A DNA stretch of 64,000 bases from Octopus vulgaris. Its lineage: Eukaryota. Below the pieces are notes generated by a model. That model was not told where the DNA came from, did no database searches, and saw nothing but the letters and a program-made list of their open reading frames with translations. The DNA is taken from the NCBI GenBank assembly GCA_951406725.2, contig OX597815.1, forward strand, positions 106,826,001-106,890,000, read 5' to 3'. The translations under genes and the position numbers were made by a program. Positions 15,100 through 27,699 of this stretch are shown in pieces (the first letter of the stretch is position 1; each line of letters opens with the position of its first letter).

Positions 15100-15850
15100 A
15101 AGGACTCAGTACATTTCACTAACAAGATATTTATTTCATTACTTTAAGGCATTCGCGTTGCATCGACAACAAAGAGGTGCTTATTCACTATCTCAGCACG
15201 TGAACAATGGCCATTAGAGAAGCAAAGAATAAGAACATCATAATTTGCATAATAACCACATCTAAATTATCGCTGGATGTTTTGATCAGTAACTAAAACG
15301 AACTCAACTAACCTTGCAGAATCTTTCTGCACACAACGCATCAACCAAGATACCTCTAATAAGCACAAAACTTCCAATTAAAACTTCAACAAATGCTGCC
15401 AGAAAAATTTGTGATAAAAAATCATGTTGTTTTCTGCATTAACAACCAAAAATTATGGGACTATAATAAATGAATTGACGAGTTTCAAGTTTTATTTCAG
15501 CTCGCTCCAAATACCTTCTCTCAAACTTTCATTCTAGACCTCACAACAACGTGCACGTATTTACAAAATGCAGAAATTTCTCCGGTAAATTCATTCGAAA
15601 AGTTTCATTGGTTCTGACAATGTTCCTGCTAAACAAAACTGTTATCTTTAAGTCAATAAAATAAATTATCGAGCAAAGATTTTGAGGTAAGTTCGGTCGA
15701 CGGAATCTGTCTGGAATCACGTCAGAAGTGAAGGAACGTTCATTTCGTTGAGTCGCATTAATGTTTTATCATCCAACTTAACACCAATGCCTCGTTCTTG
15801 GTAAATTTAGCGGAGTCCACTGATGTGCAAGAATTCAGGCCAGGTTTTCG
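15100..15850 (-). mobile_element. Possible ancient hAT (Buster/GTF2IRD2-like) transposase remnant
   Basis: Weak minus-strand peptide echoes (EKFLHFVN, VDALCAE similar to HQEALCAK) broken by many stops. Confidence 0.25.
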
Positions 15851-16280
15851 GATTAAGGATAGCTTCCTCCCTTCTTTCCACATGTTTCGGACTCCGTGGC
15901 TAAGAGCACTTATAGTCTTTTACTAAAGCAAAAAAACAAAACAAAAAAAAACTATACATTTTTCGTTCGTAGAAGATTGAACCCATAACTTCTAACACAT
16001 CGATGTAGCCAGCGTAAACATAGTTAGGTATGTAACTGTTGCATGGTACATGGTCTATGTTGTACATCATGCAGCGAATTAAATATGGAAGACGGCTGTA
16101 CCATTATAATCAGTCTCAACCTTTCTAAAAGCACAGAAATATTACAAAATTCAGCGTGGATGCATAAAAAGCTCTTACTTTCAATTCTATTTTTCACTTT
16201 GACTCCAAATACAGCAGAAGCAATCATAGAAATAAGATTTTTGTGAGAGTTCTGTTTTTCGTTATTATTTATTGATAGCA

Positions 16281-16365
<85 letters not shown>

Positions 16366-16551
16366 TCATTGATTTCCGATTGCTTCAATAAATCCTCTTT
16401 GAACAAAATATTTGCTGAGTTTATTAGGTCCAACTTTCATGCTGTAAAGTTGACAAATATATATATATCTGTCGACACGCTTCTTTCTTTGTCTTTCTCT
16501 CTCTGTTTCTACATACATACGTTATATATACACACATACACATACACACAC

Positions 16552-16626
<75 letters not shown>

Positions 16627-16801
16627 CATACACTACTTATAAAATTGAACCTACCGGTTCCTCTATATATGACGAAGTTCGTGTTCAAGTCAAGAAAGAA
16701 GATGGAAATGTATAGTGCAGCAGTAGTGAAAGAAATAAGAATGTTGTGTCACATTCTCTCTTTGACCTCTATATACTTTCTAGCTCTCTTTTCCCCCTCT
16801 C

Positions 16802-16837
<36 letters not shown>

Positions 16838-17586
16838 AGTTATATATCACTTTTCATTTATGCGACAAGAAGCAAACTAATCTGGTCTTTCGAATTCTGT
16901 GCAGACGACAACTTTTTATTGAGTTAATATTCTATAACTGCAAAATTAATTCAATAGTTATAAAACTAAATCAGTGAATGAACTAAGAGAAATAATACTT
17001 CCAAATTAAAATATCAATGAAACCTAAATGTTCTGATTAGTAATTCCACGAAAAAAGGGGCTTTGTTAAACTGAATACCCACGATACCAACTAATTCTGT
17101 AAAAAAACATTTCGTACACAAAGTGATATAATTTCATGTAAAGCTAAGCTCTTTTACTCCCAGAAGTAAATCACAAGGAGAAACTTGATTTGTTGCTAAG
17201 CTACAATTGGAAGAACATTGCTCTTCTCACGGATCACTTTATATTGCATGTTCAAGAAATAGAAATTCATGCATGTTTTGTTTGTTTATGCTGCTTCTGG
17301 TAAAACATGTAACAATAGTATATAAAGAAGTATTGGATTTACTTTGAATAGAAAATAACAGAAATAAATGTGACAAATAAGAAATGACCTCATGCCGAAA
17401 ATGGGAAGCCCACAAATATTATGCAAATTTATACACAGCATATTAAAACCAAACGTCTTATAAAACATTTGCTCGTGTAAGACTGTGCATCCATCGAGAA
17501 AACATTCTCATGGTATCTAGACCTCATAGAAATAGCACCTAAATATCCCTCAAAAGACAATCTACTGCCATATATGTGTGTGTGTA

Positions 17587-17639
<53 letters not shown>

Positions 17640-18220
17640 TTGTATATGAACACACGCATGAAGACATGTATGAGCTGATGAGGCAGACTTCTGTATATTA
17701 GCAACACCTAACAGAAATATCAGCCAAGTCTCCCTCAAATTATATCCAAGTGTCTAATTGACGTATACACGCTTACATGATTATACACAAATAATGACTC
17801 CAAATTACATCCTAATGTTTTATGAATATATGCTTATATGTGCATGTGTATGTGCATGCGTGTGTGCATGTGTGTGTGTGTATTTGTGAGCCAGTGAGTG
17901 TGCATTTGTATTATATCAAAACACAAAAATGCATTGTTATATAAATCAATAAGTGATAAGTAATTATTTACTTTCTTAAGGCTACAACAGAAATATTCGT
18001 TTGCAGATTAGCATTGCTTTCATATACAACGGAACCTAAGTGGTTCAGAAAAATTCTACAATCATTGGGCCGTCACTCGAGTACGATGATTGTAAGATTT
18101 CCAGATACTCATTTAGGGTCTGTTTTCCTACTTGAAACCAGTGCTAACCTACATATAAGTAATTGTGCAATATGCTTAAAAAAGTCTCCCTGTCTCTGTC
18201 TGTCTGTCTGTCTGTCTGTC

Positions 18221-18259
<39 letters not shown>

Positions 18260-18292
18260 TTCTCTCTCTCTCTCTATATATATACACCAATA

Positions 18293-18807
<515 letters not shown>

Positions 18808-19564
18808 CTGGTTTTGAGAATGATGTAATTGTGAATTATGGAACAACTTAAGTAAATAAGTAAATGTAAATATTTCTTTTTTAAAGTACATTTTAAATTT
18901 CATATTTTCTGAATACATATCGTACAGTACACATTTTTATATATGTGTATATGTGTGTGTGTGTGTGTGGGTGGGTGTGTATATGCCTATGTGAACGTAT
19001 GTTCGAGTGTGTGCGAGCGTGTATGTATATGTGTGTGCGTGTTTCTAAATATTTAGAATGCTTGTAACCAATGAGGAATGAAAACAGATAAATGAAGTTT
19101 TTTCACGTGCACAAATATACCTACTCAAGCACTGATACACATACACTTACACACATACACACGTATACACATACTTCAAAAACTTGAAATTATTTTTATT
19201 CTTGTTTTCAAACAATTTTATGACTGTAGCAACGAGACGACCATTGAAATCCAGGATCTGGAGTATGGCAAATTTGAGTTAACTGGGTGAGCTCAAATAC
19301 AAATGTGGACTTTTCCCAGTCAGTCTTTTTGCCTATTGGGCCTCTACAATAATAGATATAATAATGATTTCAAACTATCATTTAGATTTTTTAATGTTTC
19401 AATTTATTGATTTAGTATTTCGAAAAATTCTCTATTTCTGTTTTTGGCGTGTTCATATGTAATGGACATGTCAGATTAACATCTTCATGTCTAATGGACA
19501 TGTTAAGAACGTACATATATTCGTTGGTTTATCCTGAGCAGCAGTAATGAATAATATTTAGTTT

Positions 19565-19637
<73 letters not shown>

Positions 19638-19640
19638 GAT

Positions 19641-19822
19641 ATATAAATTAGAAAACGAAACACTTTTTATCAATTCAAAATGAAAAATTAAATTACACCA
19701 TCAAGAAAATTCCATATAATAGAAATATAAAATATAAAATAATAATATACCGTTGATTAAGTAATGTGCAAAACAATTTTTCATTTTTGAATTGATAAAA
19801 AGTGGTATTTTCTAATTTATAT
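19641..19822. repeat. AT-rich inverted repeat (about 48-bp arms) between (TA)n tracts
   Basis: ATATAAATTAGAAAA...CACTTTTTATCAATTCAAAATGAAAAATT (19641-19689) vs reverse complement at 19775-19822. Confidence 0.7.
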
Positions 19823-19902
19823 ATATATATTATATTTTGTGAAATTTGATTTAGTATTTCTAAATTGAATTTTTCCCTGTAAGTTAGGAATAATATTCCC
19901 TC

Positions 19903-19946
<44 letters not shown>

Positions 19947-19986
19947 TCAAACTGTTTCGACTTTTATATACATTCACATATGTGTG

Positions 19987-20085
<99 letters not shown>

Positions 20086-20768
20086 CCTATATATATTGTA
20101 TGCATCGATTATCTCTTGGTTTTGAGAAAATATATTAGTACAATTGTGTTTTTAAAATGTGAGTTAAAGAAGTCAACAAGGAAGAGAATTTTAAAACAAA
20201 TTTTAACATAAATTTTAATTCACTGATGTTTCGGTCCCACGTCCCCAAGATATGGTAAGAGGAATTAAGACAGATTTGATGGCAGTATTCCGGCAATCTA
20301 AATCCACCGGCTGAGAATTCCATCTAAATTCTTTAGTAGCCACTGTATATTAGGGAGAAATTGGTTACAGAATTTGTTTGCAGCGAGTGGTGGCTGCTAC
20401 TGTCCATTCGACAAACACAACGCATGACAGGGATGTTTTCTCAGAAAAAGGTATTTCTCAACGAAGAGATCGGATGTGGCTTTTAGGTGGCGAATTTAGA
20501 TTACCTTACTACTGTCGTTATGTGCTCAATGCGGAGCAAAATGGATGCTTAGCTTGTTTCAACTCTTATTTCCTGTTTTGTCGTATCAATCAGATATGAG
20601 CCCAAAACATCGCTAGGTTGAAATGAATGTGATTTATTTTAAATAAATAGCAGATAGAAGAATCGCTTCGTTGTTGAAAAATTATCCAACTAATATTTTA
20701 AGAACAGATTGACTCTCATTAAATCCTCTCCAATCAATAAATAATAAAATGAGAGAGATACACACATG

Positions 20769-20988
20769 TTTCTTTACTACCCACAAGGGGCTAAACACAG
20801 AGAGGACGAACAAGGACAGACAAACGGATTAAGTCGATTATATCGACCCCAGTGTGTCGCTGGTACTTAATTTATCGACCCCGAAAGGATGAAAGGCAAA
20901 GTCGACCTCGGCGGAATGTGAACCCCGAACGTAACGGCAGACGAAATACCGCTAAGCATTTCAGCCGGCGTGCTAACGTCTCTGCCAG
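20769..20988 (-). mobile_element. SINE family B copy with tail type 1 (Tx1-like tail)
   Basis: Head CTGGCAGAGACGTTAGCACGCCGG, core GCCTTTCATCCTTTCGGGGTCGATAAA, tail CCTCTCTGTGTTTAGCCCCTTGTGGGTAGTAAAGAAA on minus. Confidence 0.85.
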
Positions 20989-22114
20989 AGATACACACCA
21001 CCACACGAATCTGTATAATTACACCTTGCGGAGATGAGGATAAAATAATTGAATTTTACATGTTATATACATCGACAGCGAGACAAAAGAAATGAATTTT
21101 GAACTGCTGGGGGAACATCCGTGAAGCAATTTGCTTGCACCGATAGGGTGGTGACTGTTCGAGGGACACAAAGCGGATTGTGTTGTTTCTTACCTACATA
21201 TAGTGGGTAACGAGGTGGTACACTACGTATAGTTAGTCGATTCCAATCAAAATGGACCGGAACCATAGCTTTAAAACAGTCTTAATTCCTTTTTTGTTTT
21301 GTCAAGAGGGCATTGATCCGAAATATCAATTATCGGAAAATTAAAATGGTGGGTGTTTAAGTTAAGGAATGCACATATTTGACGGTACCTTCATCTGTTA
21401 TATATATATAGATATATATATATATATATATATACAACTCGCACGCACACATGCACGTGCGCACACACACATGCACGTGCGCACACATACACATTAAACT
21501 ACGATAAGTGACTGATTTATCATAAAGATATTCACTAACTTATGTTAGTCTGGCATCGAGCCAGAAGAATATATTCATAAGTTTATTTCTGTTTGCCCCG
21601 TGTGTGATAACTCGGATCTATATTCTATTTGAATGAGCTTTCGTTTTGTATAAATACATATAAATTATTTTATTAATATATAAGATTAATATCACCGATT
21701 CTTTCCTTACATTCTGTCATTAATATGAATTTGTTGCTATCGTTTCTATTTATGATTAAACAACAACAATACTAGTTTCACTTATTGGCTACAAGGGCCA
21801 AAAAGATGTTATGGACAGCACAAGAACGAAATGCAAACAGTGGATATTTACATGGAGTAAAAAGGGGATGATATCATTAAGATAAGTAGATAGTCAAAAT
21901 TTCAGAAATAAGTTCCTAATAGAAGGAAATATCGAGGCCGTATTAACGAATGAAGGCAAACAGGAGGCTGAAATGGATGCTAGAATTGTATGTGCTTGCA
22001 CAGGAATGCCCCATCTCCAGCATTTGATCGTCAGAGGGGGAGATTTTGGTGAAAACTTGCTATCTTCATTTCAATTTGTGTGCTATCTCCATCTCGGGTC
22101 ATGGATGTTGGGTA

Positions 22115-22517
22115 ATGACTTCAAGGGAACGATCACGAATACAAGCGGCCGAAATGGTTGAAGGATCTCTGGAGTAATGTTACTCGACGGGGTGCGTCGC
22201 TTGGCGATCAGGGAGTCTTTCCAGGTAGAGCAACTTTTTTCGCATTAAAAGCTCACAGTTCTAGTACTACGGGCATGTGATTATAATGCCACAGAAAAGA
22301 ATAGGAGTACGGATTTTTAAAGCCGAACCAACGGACAGGAGACCTAGAACGAGTTGGTCGGATAATATTTATAGTCTCATTTGGTCAGATTTAGGAATCC
22401 AATCAGAAAGTGTAGTAGCGGTTGCTTCTGATAGAACTCTATGGAGGGGATGCCTAAGGACTTTACCTCAATAATCCTCCCAGGAATAGTGTGCAGAGAA
22501 GATGGGCGAATGGATGA
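22115..22517 (+). mobile_element. RTE-clade (Expander/Rex3-like) LINE 3' end
   Basis: YYGHVIIMPQKRI...RRPRTSWSDNI...VASDRTLWRGCLRTLPQ C-terminus followed by a GATG-like tail. Confidence 0.7.
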
Positions 22518-22710
22518 AGTTTCTAACAGTTAAAATCATTCAAGGTAATTCGGGGAAAATTTCATTCCTACGGTGCATCAAAGACAAAACTGTCCTCTCC
22601 TCGTTCCTTGCTTCATGTTTACAGTTAGTTGTGTAACTAGAGCTTGTCCGTTACTGTTCTCTGCCGCTACGTCTTTGCTCTTCAGCGGGAACCACCACGT
22701 GACCACCTGT

Positions 22711-22920
22711 TTTACTGTTTTACTCTTTTACTTGTTTCAATCATTTGACTGCGGCCATGCTGGAGCACCGCCTTTAGTCGAGCAAATCGACCCCAAGACT
22801 TATTCTTTGTAAGCCTAGTACTTATTCTATCGGTCTTTTAGGCCGAATCGCTAAGTTACGGGGACGTAAACACACCAGCATCGGTTGTCAAGCGATGTTG
22901 AGGGGACAAACACAGACACA

Positions 22921-22968
<48 letters not shown>

Positions 22969-23163
22969 TATATATATATACATATGCATATATATATGAC
23001 GGGCTTCTTTCAGTTTCCGTCTACCAAATCCACTCACAAGGCTTTGGTCGGCTCGAGGCTATAGTAGAAGACACTTGCCCAAAGTGCCACACAGTGGAAC
23101 TGAACCCGGAACCATGTAGTTGGTAAGCAAGCTACTTACCACACAGCCACTCCTGCGCCTATA
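22711..23163 (-). mobile_element. SINE family A, full-length copy
   Basis: Head TATAGGCGCAGGAGTGGCTGTGTGG (A box), GGTTCAGTTCC (B box), CORE-like GGCACTTTGGGCAAGTGTCTT, internal (TA)n(TG)n, tail TGAAACAAGTAAAAGAGTAAAA. Confidence 0.9.
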
Positions 23164-23164
23164 G

Positions 23165-23214
23165 AAAAAAATGGAATGCTTCACGAATTTGCGAGTCATC
23201 CTTGCGCAGTGGCC

Positions 23215-23247
<33 letters not shown>

Positions 23248-23271
23248 AATATGTACCGCCGCAGCTAGTGT
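23165..23271 (-). ncRNA. RNU6: U6 snRNA full-length copy, probably a retropseudogene
   Basis: Reverse complement ACACTAGCTGCGGCGGTACATATTCTAAAATTGGAACGATACAGAGAAGATTAGCATGGCCACTGCGCAAGGATGACTCGCAAATTCGTGAAGCATTCCATTTTTTT. ACAGAGA box and AGC triad intact, several substitutions vs canonical metazoan U6. Upstream is LINE ORF2 rather than a PSE/TATA promoter. Confidence 0.95.
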
Positions 23272-24750
23272 CACCGTTAATTTCCGCTTAACTAATATCT
23301 TTGAACATATTTCTTACTGAGAAAGACACGTTCAGCGCTTCCAATATCTAATAATCTTGTCTATCTTCACTGTACAGATAATGAAATTATGGTCTGTGTA
23401 GCCTACAACCCAAACCACGAGCTTCAATACTACATGTACAGCTTAGATGATACGTTTCGTTTTGTTCAAGTTGACACTGGTGTATTGAGGAAATGAAGTT
23501 GATACTTGCCAAACAGTTGGAACTATCTGAGCAGATTTGTGATTTTTGCCTTCTCTTCACACTCCCAGCTTATGTTTAATATGTCACAGAAATATTTCTA
23601 ATCCGTCTAAAGAAATCCGGCCGTTAGGGAGTTAGCCATTAGTGAGACTGCAACAGCAGCACTCACTATAGTTCACGTCTAGTCTCATCTGAATTTATGA
23701 AGGTTGTGCTTACTTTTGCATCCAGGCTTTTCAGAAACATCGCTATCATATCACTTGATCTGTGCCGCTCAAAGAAGGCACAGACGTTGTAGTGGAACAA
23801 AAACAGGCGAGTGATTAAGCCTCAGAAAGTTTTGGTCTCGATGATGGCTGCTATATCTATTTGTGGTGACCTTAGATCATTGAGCAGGTGTCCGTGTTTC
23901 GACTCTGAGACTGTGCTACGTTCAGTTATACGCTCTATTCTTAGTATGATCACGTGAGGAAAATTGGAGACCAAATAAACAAAGAGTGGAAAGTTTTCAA
24001 TTACTCTGTTTTTGAGACATTCATTTTTCAAAATATTTGAAAGGTTATTCCAACACGTTCTTGTTGAGGATATGTTGAAACGCCATCGGTGAAATGTTTA
24101 CTCAGCATGCTATGCATTTCTGATGTGCTTCTCACCAGATCTTCATTTGATGTTTCATAGATCAATGAGTGCATTAAAATCCTCAACTTTTGTAAATATT
24201 CTGTCCTTATTTGCACAAATTCCATGAACTTTTCATTTTTCATATGGAGGATGGTGTAGCTGAGGAGTTCCTCCGTGGTTTGTAATTGCCGTGGTGTAGT
24301 TTCTGCGCGTGTTGCTTCTGTTGTTATAGTAGTAGTTGTTATGTGATTGTTGCAGTTGTGCTATAGCTCCTTTTGTTGCTGCTATTGTTGTGTGGTTTTT
24401 GCATCTATTGATATTGATTCTATCGTTGTTTTATTGTCACTGTTGTGTTTTTTGTTGTTGTTTCTGTTAGGCTGCTGTAGTAGTGATAGTTATTGACGCA
24501 TTGCCTGATTTGTAATTTTGGCCGCGTCTATTTGATTTTTCGCTTATCTTGGTGCTGAATGGAGTCAACAACTGGTTATTCCGCTCGTAAACACTTTTTT
24601 CTTTTGTTGAAACACTTGTCACTATACCATACTCGGACACTTTGTGCTTGTCTACAGCATCTTTCTTACTCAAGGGGTCAGAAGATGAGGCTATGTTTAC
24701 CTTCCTGTTCCTTCTTGCTATTTCTTTTTTTAGCAGAGACATACCCATGA
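23272..24750 (-). mobile_element. Decayed Tx1/L1-clade LINE 5' part (APE endonuclease, possible ORF1 remnant)
   Basis: ILRIERITERS...KHGHLLNDLRSPQIDIAAIIETK (APE N-terminus, 23830-23950), VGYTDHNF (SDH motif, about 23385-23408), YWK.LNVSF (about 23322-23347). 5' boundary uncertain. Confidence 0.7.
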
Positions 24751-27699
24751 TTCACGATGGATAAGTCAGTAGCAAGTTATTGCTGTCGTTACAATTTTCG
24801 TTGCTTTGGCAGTAATAATATCAACTGTAATATTCATTATTATTATCATTATTAATATTATTATTATCGTCTTTGTCATCCATGTTATTATAATGCAAGT
24901 GTCATCATCGATATCATGTTCAACAAACGTTTTCCTCCATAATATATTTAAGTAAATAGAATTGAACTCGCACATATGTATGGGAGCGTCTGTATCCAGA
25001 GAAGATATAGGCATACGTGCAAATTGATAGGTAAAGAAATGTAGATTGAAAGATAGGAATGGAAGATATATCAGAAAGAATCTTTTTACATAGGTTAATT
25101 CAGTTGATGGATGAAGTGCTAGAAAGTCTAGAGCAACAGTTTTATGGCTGAATATGAAATATCGAGAATTTACAGGCTGCAGGATAAGCTAATCAAAGAA
25201 AAACCCAAATACATAAAACAGCTTAAAATATACGCTTTAATAAATAGCTAGAAGTCGTAAAACGGTAAAGTCGACATTTGAAAATGTCATCAACTCCATC
25301 ACTTTCTGCTCACCTTGTTATGCTACTAATAGTTCCTGGAGAAGAAATTGTGTCTGTTTCATCACTTAGTATTTGATGTTTCAGTTACCTTGTAAGATGA
25401 CAGTTAATAGAGATTCGGTTGCTGTTTATAGTAAAGTCAAACGATTATATAGAGACACATTCCTTGGTTTACATAGAGCTTTCTGCTGCTATGAGTGGAA
25501 TTCTGGAGAGAAATGTGGGGAAATGTTGAAGAATTCTTAATTCAGGCGTTCCCCAGTGGTGTGCTGAAAAACTAATCAAGATACACTATATTGCAGTGGC
25601 GTACACCGAATATGTACCACGGCATCTTAAAAGCTTTCGATGTGCTGCAAATATTGGTGGCTTTGCTTGCTATTCACTTGATCTTCAATGTATTTCTTAG
25701 CCACACAAAATGTACTAAAATAAACATTTTATTTTTATTATCTAGCTTCAGTTATTCCCCGGTCAGGCAGGCCTTTAGTAAAAAGTATATCCCGCATTTT
25801 TGTATACAAGGAAAGGATGTGCCCTATTTCTTCTAAGACGGTAAAGTATACCTTAGTGGAAACTTGCTGTTAATTCTGAAGTTCGGGGGTTCTTGCAACG
25901 GCCCTCTTGTTGGTAAATCAATTTGGGAGTTGTCATAATTATTCCAAGTATACTGGGATTGACTAGTGTACTTTTAGGTATTTAGTTATTTTGTTAGTTT
26001 GACTTGTCATTTTATATAGGATATTTTAACTTCCAAATTAGGACCATGTTTTAATTGGACAATCTCTACTGGTTGTAGTCGTGATCGACTGTATCACATA
26101 CTTAATTTTATTGTTTATTGATGGTTCAGTTGGAAATTCAGTGCCTTTCTTTTCAGTGTTCTATGCTAATGAGATAACTACTTCAAAATGTATGCATCTA
26201 TCGATCTGGATAGAGGGCGCTTTGAACTGACCTGCTGTGTTTACACTTTTTGCCTTTTTGTCTACGGCGAGGATATTTCTCCATGACAAAATGCTGTGAA
26301 CGGTCTTCTTGAGAGTTCGAATATGTCTAAAACTTATTTGAACTAGAACAAGTTTATAATATAATTCACACGATTTAGTTTCGTTGTCTGGTCTAAGTTT
26401 AAAATTCACTGATGCCTTTAAAACAACTCCTATCATATCTTTAGAAAAACTGACATTCTGCCAAGTCAAACAAAACTAAATTTCTTTTCACTCTTGTAAT
26501 ATAAAAATATTTTCAGAGCCATAAATCTAATAATATTACATGATATGTGAGTGAGATATGTGCTGATATCTGAATTATGATTTGTTATGATTTGTAGGTA
26601 TCTAATGCCATATGCAATGCCTAGTATATAATCTATACTTAGTATATATTTTACATTATGTAGGTGAGATCATTAAGTACCAGGAGAGAATATTTGGTTA
26701 TATCTGATATGATAACTAGATAGAAATATATGCTGAGTTGAATGAAAATAGCTAAATCCGCCCGCAGTGTAAATGAAAGACGTAAAATATAAGACAGAAA
26801 AGATAGCAGAAACAAATATGTTTCTATTACGGTACAGAATGATTGAAAAATGATTGTTCACTTGTATGCCGTATGTGTATCAACAAATTACATATTACCA
26901 TTTTATGTGAGTCAGTGTCCATATGTGTGTGATTTTTTGTGATGAAAAGTACTTTTCAAAATGTTACGCCGTCCTATTGATAGCTTATGAACGAGTATCA
27001 GCTAATATCTATTTTACTAAAATGTATCTTGCTGGCTTAGACGACTACTAACTGAATTTCTACAGGGCTTTTCATTTACATTTGTGTATATATTTATGTA
27101 TGCACAGATGTATGTATATGTGGGTATATGCGCGTATGTGTAAGTATATAGTCATATATTTCTTGATTTCAACTAACGATAGGAAAATATTTGTTACTCT
27201 AGAGTGCATCTGCTAGTCATTCTCCTTTCTCACATCTGGGCCTGTGATTTTTCTTTATTGACTTCCACCAAAATCCTGTTTGTGAGATTTTTATCTATAT
27301 ACATACATATCTATTTTAGTGTGAATGCATGTGCGCCTGTGTTAAACCGCAGTTAAACGGTGCAAAGAGTTGCTGCCTTTCATATCAAAGGGTAACTTAG
27401 CTTTTAGATAAATAAAGATTGGTATAATGGAATCAAGATAGTAATGGAAACAAGAATAAGTTCTAAGCTTATTACAATCATTTGAAGATTTTTTTAAGGC
27501 GGTACTCGAGCGAGGTGGAAGTCTGATAACTGAAGCCATTGTGTGTGTGTGTGTGTGTGTGTGCTTACCTGTGCGTGTTTGTGTGTGTTTGTGTGTGTGA
27601 TTCTGTGTGTGTGTTTGTGTGCGCGCGATGAGTGACAAACGTATTGATAGGCAAATGTGCAAAAGAGGAGCATGATGTCCGTAGATTTTTCATGAACGT

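Noticed and set aside
21301-21327. GTCAAGA-GGG-CATTGA-TCC-GAAATATC hammerhead-like motif
   Set aside because: Two core mismatches and no clear stem I.
23165-23271. Functional U6 gene
   Set aside because: Upstream sequence is LINE ORF2 with no recognisable TATA/PSE, and several conserved positions are substituted; treated as a retrocopy.
26161-26469. 102-aa non-repetitive minus-strand ORF as a host exon
   Set aside because: No recognisable domain, splice context or neighbouring exons; length is compatible with chance.
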